From Octopus sinensis (Eukaryota), in assembly GCF_006345805.1 (NCBI RefSeq), contig NC_043025.1, positions 2,542,001 to 2,606,000 of the forward strand: DNA of 64,000 nt. Direction: 5' to 3'. The position numbers and the translations under genes are program-made. The notes beneath the pieces were generated by a model. That model had not been told where the DNA came from, made no database searches, and saw only the letters and a list, made by a program, of their open reading frames with translations. Numbering within the stretch: position 1 is the stretch's first letter; every line of letters starts with the position of its first letter. Positions 38,500-50,939 of the stretch are shown piece by piece.

Positions 38500-39833
38500 G
38501 ACCTCCTAAGCGTGACCTAGACAATTTCGAGCAACATCTTGAACATCAAATTTAAACCTAGAAAAATAACAATCAAGCCCGCCTAACTAAATTCAATAAT
38601 ATCCTCAAGAGTCTTCAAAAATACTCTGAAATTCTCTTCCAAGCCGTCAAACCCGGCAACATTTATAATGCTCCTCTAGATAAATACCGAGATCTAATAC
38701 ACAAATAACTACATAAATGATACCGTATTGTACCAGCCTCCGTTCTAAAAGACATTTACATCAAGAATCGTGATCTCGTTTTTAAACGCGCATTAGAAGA
38801 TAGGACCGGACGTTACTTAACTCGCTCACTCCATATTAACGCAGAAGACCATAAATTAAAATCTGCCGAGAACCCTTCCGTTCGCCTCATTTGTCCCTTC
38901 AGTTCAGATATAGGTAAGATTAGCAAGATTTCATCAGACAGGATTATACCCCCAACTACACCTATGGACTGAAATTACTCAAGCCGTCCAGTCGTTTAAT
39001 TCCTAAAGCCCTAAACATACTTTTAAATTCATCCAGATCGACATAGACCAAATTACTCTAGTGTATCCTTCTCAACAATGTCCTCATTTTTGCAATGATA
39101 CAATCTAACTTCTCTTGTGACGATATTGATACCATCTTGGCCGCCCGTCGACATGTGAAAACTGAGTAATTCTAGGCCAATAGAGTCATTCGGGATTCTC
39201 GCAACCGCGAAATCGAACAGATTAGAAAAAGACCAAGATATCTTTTTAAAACGGTGGGCCTCTGCATCACTTTATGTAGCAGCCTTAACACTTCTAATTT
39301 CCTAGATGTCACCCTAGATCTACAAAGTCAAATTTTCAACCCATGCCATAAACTTAAGGGGAACCTCCACTACGTCAACGTTTCCTCCATCAACAACGCC
39401 AGTTGTCCTAAACTCTATCGTAGATATCGTATCAAAACGGATTTCATCACTGTCCGCCAGTAAGGAAATATTCGAACAATACGCTGAATATTATAATAGC
39501 GTGACGGTCATAAGAATTCGATCGAATATAACCCTGTGTAGAACATTCCTCCCTCAACTAACCTTGGAACCAAGAATACACCCGTCCTCCACATAAAACA
39601 AAAAATATCCCGCAAAACCGATCGTCCTACTAGCCTCCCAAATTTTAAAGTAGTAGATGATCTAACAAACAATCTCCCCACTCGGTGACCCTTGACACTA
39701 ACACTGTCTCAGCCCGCCGATATCAACACCCGTATGCCCTTTCAAAACCCTTTATTTACTCGGATAAACCTATCAATCGGAATAAGATAACAAGAACACG
39801 TGAAGTTATCTGGTTTCGGTTCTCTAAACCATT
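38500..39833 (+). mobile_element. Decayed Naiad-type Penelope-like element (paralogue of 31560-33060)
   Basis: SVRLICPFSSDIGKISK, SNFLDVTLDL and RTREVIWF motifs. Confidence 0.75.
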
Positions 39834-41472
39834 CTTTTTTTTCCCAACAGAAAGAAAACGAGGTATTGAACCTCTCACTACAATTTTTACAATTATTGGA
39901 CTTAATAGTCCATAACAAATAATAACATACAATAATATACAATAAAATATTCAATATACAATCAACACTAGTCCATTTACAAGTGAGGCACTGAGATTCT
40001 TACACATTATAAAACTGAGGCTTTTCAACCTCTTGTCAATCCTCATTATCGCTTGTGTACGTGTACTCCACCATATCCCCTGCTTGCTTTAAAATCAAGG
40101 TATGCTCCGAGTTGGCGTCACCCGGTCACGAGCGATATTCCTCTTTTAGTCCCCCCAGCCTATGAAATATGCGCAGCGTTATGAACTCCACACCCATCTG
40201 CGGAGGCAATTCGGGTTACCGTGCGAAGGCCAAAGGTACTCCCTTGTAGTGTTCTACTACCACCTTTTCCACCACTCCCCCTCTATAACAGAAGAACAGC
40301 AGTTCTTCCTCCTCCGGGTCCGAAATAGTCAATTCTACCGTTAGCGGAACAATTCTTACCAAGTGTGTCTACCCACGCACCCCCGCCGGTTGCACGACCC
40401 CCACCGATGAGGCTCCATGTCTCCGACTGTCGGCAATATCCCGTTTCTCCTTTTTCCTCTTTTTGCTTCTTGACTGAGGGAGGGTGCATCTCGTCCGTGA
40501 CCGGAACATGTGCCTCCCCTCCCGCATTCCCAGAATCCATCGGTGAGCACCCATTATTACTCACCTTCTTCCTTTTGCGGCTCTTCTTTGAGGCATCCTC
40601 TGTCTCCTCGGCCGCCTTCATTCCCTCTTCTACAGAGGTCTCCGTCAACCGCTCCAGGACTTAGCTTTGCAGTTGAGGACAGTTATTTTTTATATGGCCA
40701 GGCTCCAGGCACCGATAACACTTGGAGGTGGGCTCCCTCAAGCATCACCGGATACTTGGACCAGCCGATTCTCAAAAAGTCTGGAAATACCAGACTTACG
40801 GCTGACTTGGTCCAGAGGGTCAAAACAGCTTTTGAACCCTCCCAGTAAGCCGCAGGCAGAATATTTACATTGAAGAGCTTGGTGCTACTACCACCAAGAC
40901 CCAGGCGGATTGTATCTCCTATCCACTCGGTCTCTTCTCCGGGTGGAAAGCCGCAAACCCAAGCCCTCGTCAAATTCTTCCCACAATAAGTGGGAAGAAA
41001 CAAAATTTCATTGCCTTCCAGGAGCTGGCACGCAAATTCACAATCCACTTCTGGGAAGTCAAATAGTACCACACGTTTGCATATTTGACCCTCCGAGTGA
41101 TAAACTTAATAGCTGGCTTAGATTCTGCTATCTCTCTTTCGATTCTATTTTTTGAAAACGGCAATGGCGTCGAGGATCCTGGAGTAGGTCCTCAAAACCA
41201 CCGTCTTACATTCAAGTTCTTTTAATCATCTTTTGGGTGGTATAAATTCCCACTCCACCAACTTTCCATTGTTCTTTACCATGTTTCTTTTTTAAAAAGT
41301 CCAAAAAACACCTCATAAAATACAAAATAATTAAGGAAAAAGAAGGAAGAGTTAAAAGTCCAAACAAAAAAAGAAGAAAAAATTAACAGTTCAATAAAGA
41401 GTCTTTTTTAATTAAAAAAGGGGTGAAGAGAGAGCAACAGTTCAAAACACAGCAGAGGCCACTCGGTACTCC
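39834..41472 (-). mobile_element. Gag/ORF1-like element copy B with poly(A)-like end
   Basis: Frameshifted paralogue of ORF 3270-4025. The T run at 39834-39842 abuts the interrupted Naiad element. Confidence 0.7.
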
Positions 41473-42950
41473 AGGCCAAAATTTTAACGCAAATCATTCC
41501 AATTTTCTTCTCATAGGTAATCCTTAACAGGAACAATATTGTTGAAACCTTTTCTAAAAATTCCCAGACTTATTCCTGGACAAATATTATTCTCAAACAA
41601 AATTTTGCGGCGGGATACGCCCACAAAAACAATAATTTTCACAGTTAAGTCAAAAATTATTCACTCAGCTACAGGAAGACTAGAATCCAGTGAGGACTTC
41701 TTGTTTGCAAAAAATAATTGCGGCAGACAACATGCCCCCACTAGACCCCCAAAAAAGTCTTACCTTACAACTAAGTTTCAAAACTCTTCAATTTAAGACG
41801 GCTTCAAAAACACGTCTTTAGTCTTTACTGCTTCAGTATCAAACACAACTCCGATTCGCTAAGCACAATGAGGTAAGCAAGCTACTTACCACACAGCCAC
41901 TCCTGCACTGATTCTGGTGATGATTTTCAATTTTTTTTTCACCCCAACGTTTGAAATGATGGCAGGAATCTCTTTAAAAGTTGTGTGAATGTTTTGATTT
42001 TTTTCAAATCCCCAATCCCAATCGGTAACGATTTTGGCCAATGCTTTTGAATGACGCATTAACAAAAGTTTTAAATGAAAAATTTTGGAAATCGGTGATC
42101 ACCATTTTAATCCACGCTTTTTTTTCAAACAAAATGTGAAACGTTGTTTGAAAACAATGGCGACATTTTAACATTTTGTTCCTTAACCTCGCATATTCCC
42201 AAAACGATGTTATTTTCCCAGCAGCTTTTGCATTTTTTGTCCAACTTTAATGAAAATCGACGAGTGAGCAAGGCTCATGGCAGTGAGTTGATTTCAGTAT
42301 ATGACGTTGAGAAAAAAAATTGGTAATTGCACCGGAGCAGTGGTTTTATAAAATCAATAGACGTTTTGCGTGCAAATACCCATAGGGGTTTATTTTTGGC
42401 CGTAAATTTCATATTTTGTATCCGATTTTAATGAAATATGAAGTGTAGGTAAATGATTGGTGGGGTATATGGGAAATGTATTTATTTAATTCAAAAGAGC
42501 TTGAAAAGGACATAAATGTACATAAGCATTTCCATACAGACATTCTTAACGATTTTGTAGAAATTTTACATGTGATTACAGCTCATGTCCATTAGTTGAC
42601 ACCTGTATTAAGAGTTGACAAAAATCGATAACTGCGAGTGAGAGGGAGATTTCAAAAAAACAATGGGCTTTTTGTATGCAATTACCTATAGGATTAGTAT
42701 TTTATGCTGTAACTTTTACACAATTCATCCGATTTTGATGAACTTTGACTTTTAGGTAAGGTTTATGGCCGGAGTCATGTAGTAGAATTAAAATTAAAAT
42801 GATGAAAGGCAGAAATCGTCAAAATAATTCACAATAAAATAATGAACTGATTCTGAAGAAAATTGACATATAAAACGTCGATTATTTATACAATGTATTG
42901 AGATTTGAATGTCAATGGAATATTTTCATGTAAATGGTCAGACGTATTCG

Positions 42951-43250
42951 TCTTATGTGTTTAAACACATTTAAACATATCTAAACACATAAGAGGTATC
43001 ACATAAGAGGCAATGTTGGATTGCCTCATGCTTATATGTTTTAATCTAGGCGTACCTGCTGATGAGGACTTCGCCTAGAAATAATTTTATTTGCTAAAAA
43101 AATGTCTGAATCCGTTGTCTAGGAGATAGAGTTAAGCATTTCATAATTTTCATTCCATTCGATGATTATCCCTAATTGTGGTTTGGATTTTAGCTGTTCC
43201 TTCTGGCGTGCAGCAAATCCTATGACGGGTACATCTTATGTGTTTAAATG
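42951..43250 (+). mobile_element. Single ~283-bp hammerhead-carrying unit with a terminal direct repeat
   Basis: TCTTATGTGTTTAAA occurs at 42951 and 43234. The HHR at 43055-43123 reads cctg-CTGATGA-GGAC...GTCT-GAAT-CCGTTG-TC-tagg, with one core mutation. Confidence 0.6.
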
Positions 43251-43287
43251 TGCACTGTATTTATATCTAATTATCTATCTATTTATC

Positions 43288-43335
<48 letters not shown>

Positions 43336-44287
43336 CATCTATCTATCTACCTATCTATCTATCTATCTATCTATCCATCTATACACATGTATATAGTTGA
43401 AGTTTACAGAAAAATAAAAGACGAACACAGATATATGAAATAGGTGTGTATTAGTTTGACACTCCGGAAAGTGTGAAAGCGCTTTACGTTTCGAGCCTAC
43501 GATCTTCAAAAGTAAAGAAAATGAGGAAATCACAGAAGTTCAAAAAGGATTAAATTTTCTAGTGTATTGGAGGGATATTTCATTAACAGATGAGTCCCGT
43601 GAGATCCATAAGTATACCCAGTGGCAGTCGGGTAGAGTGCAGATATGTAGAATCGGAGAGGTGCAGACAGATCAGGCAGTTATAAGTCCAATATGTAGGT
43701 ATATAAAGCAGGATAAAATAGGTGCGACCACTTGAGCGTACAATAGATTCATATATATATATATATATACATACATAAATATATATGTATATCTATATAA
43801 GTGTATGTGTGTATAAAGTCAATGGCGTGTCTGCGTAATAAGAAGCTTGATTTCAAACCACATGGAGTAGTGGTCAGTGTTAATACGTGCTGCCTTCACC
43901 AAGTGTCCAATTCTATGTACTCGTGTCGTGAGACGTTTTGTTGTCAGAAACTGAAAGAGGCCTGTCTTATGTATATACATGGGTGTATGAGTGTGTGTGA
44001 GCTTTAATTATTGTGGTTGTAATAGTCTCTGGAGATATTCCGTTCCCGTAACTTAACAGTTCCTCAAAAGAAACCGATATAAAAAGTAACAGACTTTCAA
44101 AATTTAAATACAGTGGAGAATATATTTGAATAAAATACCTTCTAGGAGGGTTGCCAGGATAGCTGCTGATTAATGACTTGAATAATTGGAAGATAATATT
44201 CTCTATATATATATATATGTATGTGTGAGTGTATGTGTATGAGTGTGTATATATGACATATACTGGTATGCATGGGTATACGTATGC

Positions 44288-44330
<43 letters not shown>

Positions 44331-44649
44331 TGTGCTTACACACACATACATATATATATATTTATATATAATTAACTGACAGACCCTCCGTAAATTAATC
44401 CAATTAATAATGAAACATATTATTTATAATAAAATATAAATATAATTATATTATTAATAATATACTAAAACATACAATACTAAATTATGCACATTACATC
44501 GACGAGGCGCGTTTCGTAACCATATATTTAAATCGACTTTATCAAAATTGATAATCTGAAAAATGAATACATAGCTACTCTTCAGGTCTAAATAGCATAA
44601 AAGAAATTTACAACATAAGTGAAGACATCAAAATTAACCCCTTAATTCC

Positions 44650-44681
<32 letters not shown>

Positions 44682-44799
44682 TTAGGCATATAATTCTTAT
44701 GCACATAGGTATACACACAATAACGCACAAAAATACGCACTCATTCTTATATCCACGCACGCAGACATAATGGCACACACACAGACACACCTATATATA

Positions 44800-44886
<87 letters not shown>

Positions 44887-45665
44887 GAACACGACACACA
44901 TTCGGAACACAACACACACTTAGTGTGAGCGATATACTTTCATAACGTGTAGGAAGGTTTACTATGAGAAAAGGAAAGAAGTAAGCAATTAGAGAGCGAC
45001 ACAATTTCAAATTTGAAAATTATGTGGTAATTTTGAAATTTATTGATTTATTCGAGAACAAGTTTAGAAAACACATCAGCAGTTCGAAGTTTTATCATTT
45101 TTACCCAATCAGAAAACAAGATTTGGAAGCTAAGCTGTTTGTGTGTGAACACTTGTATCCTAAAGTAAAAGTAGGAGATTTTAAACAAAATGAAAGCAAT
45201 GATTGATTTTTAATTCACATACACACACAGAGTGAGAGTGAGAGAAAGAGCATCAAATAGTATGGCAAATATAAGACACATGGGTAGTGAAAGAATATAT
45301 AGAGTGGGAGGTTGAGATCTCAAAGTTCGGTTATTTCACCTGGAGGAATATGATATTTATTATATGTTATGGACGATGTTTACCTTGGGAATCGGATTTC
45401 GAAAAGCAAATTCGTTTTACTCGAGGACGCAATGTTTCAGAGGTTCGCAGGTCTGAAAACATATAAAAAAACCACATACACCCGTATTTTTATAGCGTAT
45501 ATATAGCGTATGCATTTCTGTATGTGTGTATGTGTGTATGTATATTATATGTATGTATATATGTATCTATGTATGTATGCATGTATGTATGTATGTATGT
45601 GTTATATTTGTGTGTATAAATGTGTATGTATGTATGCATGTTTGTATATACATAATATTATATTT

Positions 45666-45718
<53 letters not shown>

Positions 45719-45959
45719 GTAGAACTATGTTATATATATATATATACATATATTAGAAATATGTTACAAGAAGAAAATAGAAAATACACGTCGAAATGTA
45801 ATGGGAAAATATGAAAAATCAACGAAAATGCACATTATAAATATAACAAAAAAAACTTTTTATGAAAGGTAATGACAGATATATACCTTTAGATGGATTG
45901 AGGTAGAAATAGGAGTCACAAGATTCATTATTATGAGATGATTAAAGAGTCAGAAAGCA

Positions 45960-48255
45960 TACCATGCTTTCATCATAAGCCATTCATTGCTTTGAATGAA
46001 CACCGGCTAATGAACAGTGTTAGTCTAATAGTGCCTGAATAAAAAGATTATTTGTAAGGGAGGTAAGTCGTTCTGGATTTTGTGCAGTAAGGTTAGATAT
46101 AGAATTTGAATCTGAATTTTGTAAGGAATGTATAGTGGTTTATGGTGTTAATTGAAGGGATAGTAGTGTTATGTATTAAGTTGTGTCTTTATATTCAGTT
46201 GGGGAAGATATTTATTGATGAAAATTGCCTATTTAATCAACCTTTGTTGCATTGATGTCTTCTGTGAACATTGATAGATGTGGAAAATTTGGAAATTAGG
46301 ATTAAGATTCCTAGCACACCTTTCAATGTATTCACTAACCTGTAACTGTCTGTATTGTGGTTGGCGAAATTGTTCCTTGTGGATGGTGGTTCTTCAACGC
46401 AGTGATATTCTTGTTTGTTTAATATAGTGGTTACCACATCCTAAGCATGTCATGGTATAGATTAGATTTTCCGAGTATCGGGTGAAATTTGAATTGATCT
46501 TAAATATTTCCTCTTGTTTGAAGTGGATTTCTGAATCCTCCAAAAGGTTGGGACATGTTCCACAGGTGAGACGACCACACTTTTTCTCTTTTGGCTCTGT
46601 TGTTAGTAGATATAGTCTTGCGCTGGTTAATTGTTTTTCAATGAATTGGGTTGTAGTTTGCTTTTTTAAATTTTGTATGAGCTTAAAATTTCGCTCGTTG
46701 TTTTGTCTCCTGTGAGGATGGGAAGATTTTGGGTGATAATATTGAAGGCTTCGTTGTTTCTAGGGTTATGTGTGGAAATGTACGGGAATATTTTTAAAGT
46801 CTGGTTTAGTATTTCGGCTGGCATGCCTTAATATTTGTATATCTATTTCCTTAGCTCTTTTAATGTATTTTAGTTAGTGTTGATCTAATTTCAAGGAGTC
46901 TTATTCACGAGTATATGTATCCGAAACTATTGTACAGATTCTTTTCGCTAGATTAAAAGGTGTATTAATCTTTATGCGTTTGGGGTGTCAAACAATAGGT
47001 ATTGTTTAGAATCTGTGGGTTTATAAAATATGTCTGTTTCTATGTGGTTGTAAACTATTTTAATTAAGATGTCCAGAAAAGGGAGTTGTTTACTGTTGTG
47101 TTCCAGAGTGAATTGTATATTGCTATGTATGTTGTTAAGCATTACTTTCAAATCAAGGAGTTTGTCCATGCTGTATTTCCAAAGTATGAAGCAATCATCC
47201 AAATACCTCATCCAGTTCTCCTTTAAATAGCAATTAAAAGAGGCGCCAATAATTTTCTAGTGATGATTGGTATAACTTCAGTTCTAGGTAACCCATTTCA
47301 AGGTTTGAAATCACTGGAGCAGCTCTGGTTTCCATTGCAATTCCACATTTTTGTCGATAGTAAGTTGTGTCGAACATGAAATAGTTGTTCAGCAGGATGA
47401 ATTTGAGTGCTTCGATTATGATTCTGTGGTTAATGCGTCCTGAGATATCTTCTGGGTATTTTTCTAGCCAGAATGTGATTGCTTCTATACCAGAGTCGTG
47501 TGGGGTATTGGTGTACAGATTAACCACATCGAAAGATACCAGCAGCGTTCCTTCCTTTACTGTATTCGGGAGGTGGTTCAGCATGTCTAGGTCATCCCTG
47601 ATAAAGCTTTTCACATATTTGTAAAGAACGTTTGGAGTAAATGTCGAGGAAGTTGCTCAAATGGTGGGTTCCACAAGAAGGGCGAACTATGAGAGGTCTC
47701 AGTTTGAGGTCAGTAGGTGGAAGGACATTAATGCATAGGCTTGTAGAGATTTTGCAGGCTTCACAAATGTGTGGATTTTTATGTATTTTGGGTAATCCAT
47801 AGAATAGACTAGGACTGTATTTAAAATTGGTTAAAAAGTCTATTTCAAGGTTAGTGAGACCCTTTCTATGAATTTGGAGTAAGGAGGGCAAGTTTTTCAG
47901 TGTTTACTGTGGGTGGTTATGTATTAATTTCTCATAGTAAATATTATTTTCCAACATGGAAAGTGTTAAATATTTGTAGTATTCTGTATTCATCACTACT
48001 ACCGCACTTCCGTTGTCGGCTTCTTCGGAATACGTTGAATTTCGAATTTACGAGGCAAAAGTATTGGTGTAGAGTTTAGCCAGCGTTCGTAGATTTCTGC
48101 CTTGTGGTTGTTTTTAATCGTATTCCAGAAAGAAAAGTTTCTGGCTTTAATTTTTTATTCCATATGTGGATAATACGGTTTTTGATAGATAGTGTGGAGG
48201 GATTGCTATCTTGTGTATCATCTATAGGAAGATTTACCAGTAGCACTCAAGAGCA
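45960..48255 (-). mobile_element. Degenerate Penelope-like element, copy B (more complete RT)
   Basis: FYGLPKIHK, LKLRPLI, SFDVVNLYTNTPH, QKCGIAMETRAAP, RYLDDCFI, LPFLDILI and YKPTDSKQYL. Confidence 0.92.
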
Positions 48256-48305
48256 TCCTCACACAAAACACACACACACAGAACACACACAACACACGCA
48301 CACAT

Positions 48306-48370
<65 letters not shown>

Positions 48371-48384
48371 ATATATATATTATG

Positions 48385-49497
48385 TACAGGTTACAGTAAA
48401 TATAGTGTCGTCTTAATTACGCAAAAATGAAAAAAACACTAAGATCCCATTTTAACAGGTATATTTACCAAAATAACTGAAAAATATCTTGAAAGTAAAT
48501 GTATTCAATAAATTCGCTATTGGCTTCAACCACGTCTTCCGGTCAGCTTCGGAATCACCTGCAACTCTTTTGGACGGTCACCTTGTTTAATTTCGTGAAT
48601 ACTGCCATAATCCTTGTATTCAGTTTATCTTTGATGTTACAATGGGTTTTGCTGACCTCTCAGTCAACTGCGCACCATGCATGATAATCAAGGGGGTTCC
48701 AGTCTGGGGAGTTAGATGGCGTGATTTTAGGGGTGATGTGGTCGCAAAATTTGTCTGACAGCCATGGCTGGGTTCTGCTTGTCGTATGGCATGGTACAGT
48801 GTCTCCCTGCTAGAGATAGGATCTTCCAGCAGCCATCCCATTGCTCCAGGGAAGCAGGACCATCTCCAGGCACTTGATGTTGACCTCCGTCTGAAACCTA
48901 TTTCTTTACTACCAACAAGGAGCTAAACATAGAGAGGACAAACAAGGACATACAAACGGATTAAGTCGATTATATCGACCTCAGTGCGTAACTGGTACTT
49001 ATTTACTCGACCCCGAAAGAATGAAAGGCAAAGTCGACCTCGGCGGAATTTGAAATCAGAACGTAGCGGTAGACGAAATACCGCTAAGCATTTCGCCCGA
49101 CGTGCTAACGTTTCTGCCAGCTCGCCGCCTCAATTCTGAAACCGTGAATGAAAGCATAATTTCACCATCACAAGCGATCGTTCCAAACACCATGATGTTG
49201 ACTGGACGTTTGATTTTTATCAATCTCAGTACATGTCCTCGGATTGCACATTCCTCTGACTGACACCCAAACACTCTGAAATGTTCATATTAGATCTTTC
49301 GGCGTGAATGCCAAGCAGTACAGCATGTCGTTTCCAAAATAAATTCTGGCAGAGTGAATTAGGCCATGGCGCTGTTTTTCTCACAGACGGTACCCAACTG
49401 ATCATACTATACTGAGTGGTCGACAAAATCAAAAACGAAGAACGCGCATGCGCGAAATTAAAAAGGTAATGGTGACAATTTCGTGTTGAAACCTGTA
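48385..49497 (-). mobile_element. Tc1/maT-like DNA transposon relic, copy B
   Basis: KRPVNIMVFG and NSPDWNPLDY motifs, with TACAGGTT at both termini. Confidence 0.8.
48899..49134 (-). mobile_element. SINE with a Nin-like domain and 9-bp TSD
   Basis: TSD TCTGAAACC at 48890-48898 and 49135-49143; contains TCGACCCCGAAAGAATGAAAGGCAAAGTCGACCTCGG. Absent from copy A. Confidence 0.8.
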
Positions 49498-49643
49498 TAT
49501 ATATGTACATTCGATAAGGCATTAGCATAATTGTGAAATAATATTTTCTACTGTATTCAGTCCCACTGCGTGTACTCTGGCTTACAGCACAACAAACTCG
49601 TGTATATTTGTTCAAGGTAACTAAAAGAAACCCATCGTATACA

Positions 49644-50475
49644 TACAAAGTGGCATCGTAATGTTCCTGGATGAGTTATGTTTAATAAAACTAACTTATA
49701 TTCACTTCATCTCATTCGGTAAAGTCACCTTGTGCAGGAATACACCCGATCCAGCTTTCTTGACACTTTTGGAATCCGGCCTCTTGAGGACATCTTGATC
49801 TCAACAACGGTGTTAAATTTCCTATTGATCACGATCTTTCTACCGTATTTTCTTCTTGGGGAAGAGATGGAGGTCACCAGGTGCTGAATCTGGCAAAAAG
49901 GACATGCACGGAAGCGATAGCCTGTTCCTCTTGGCAAGAAACCCACGAGTGCGGTGACAGAGTACATTGTCGTCGTGAAAAATTCAATAAGCCGCGCACC
50001 ACAAATCCAGTCAGTTTTCCCGAATGTCATCCTTGAAAAGCTTTAAAATGTCGCAGTTGATTCCTCTTTTGAACTTGGGGTTCGAATTCTCAATACACAA
50101 CCCGATGATGTAGAAACAATATTGAAAATTCTCTTGATTAAGCTGTCAATCTCTCGTACACCTGCGCACTCGAAACGTTATGTACGACCCATTGTCTCAT
50201 CGCTATAAACTTGCCGATGCATGCTCCATCTCTCTATAGCAGACTTCCCAATTTTTACATAAAATTTCATGTTTGGTGCTTTCTTCCATACCCGACCTGT
50301 TCATACACGTCATCACAAAAATACAAATTCCACATCGTATGAAGTATACACATCGATGTTACTCAGCATACTGCTTCATGAAGGTCACTGCTCGCTGTGA
50401 CCGTGCATTCAATCGTGTGCATCCAAGCGTTGGCGCGCTATAGAGTTTGCCCGTGAAATTTTGATACAACCGTGT

Positions 50476-50476
<1 letters not shown>
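49644..50476 (-). mobile_element. Deleted mariner-type transposon, copy B
   Basis: Aligns to 14555-15403. Confidence 0.75.
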
Positions 50477-50524
<48 letters not shown>

Positions 50525-50674
50525 CATATATATACTACCAGTAATACTTGTCGTTGATCGGGTAATTCAAATGGAGTCAGAGAATGGCAGAATGCCACTT
50601 ATATCTGAACACTATACAAATATTCCTTTAAAAAAACTTTTCTTCTAATTTTCCTAAATTTAATTATTTAATCG

Positions 50675-50718
50675 TTACAGTTGAAAAGGTCTCAAAATGA
50701 GCGAAACCGGTACTGAAA
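50675..50718 (+). ncRNA. Minimal type I hammerhead motif, U3-A8 core
   Basis: cag-TTGAAAA-ggtCTCaaaatGAGc-GAAA-CCGG-TA-ctg. Confidence 0.65.
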
Positions 50719-50763
50719 TGTTCTTTATAAAATTATTTTAGCATTTTCTATTTTGAATTGTTT

Positions 50764-50812
<49 letters not shown>

Positions 50813-50939
50813 AGTGTATGTATATAGTAGTAGTTGTAGTAACAGAATAGAGGAATTTCGATTATCCCCACGTGGTGAGTTGTCATGTATATAAGAAATT
50901 AAAAAAGGAAAATACGCACACTTACATAGTTTTAATATA

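Noticed and set aside
43482-43517. Minimal hammerhead TTGAAGATCGTAGGCTCGAAACGTA on the minus strand
   Set aside because: The core box and stem II cannot both be formed in register. It is probably a decayed pseudo-LTR motif and was not counted.
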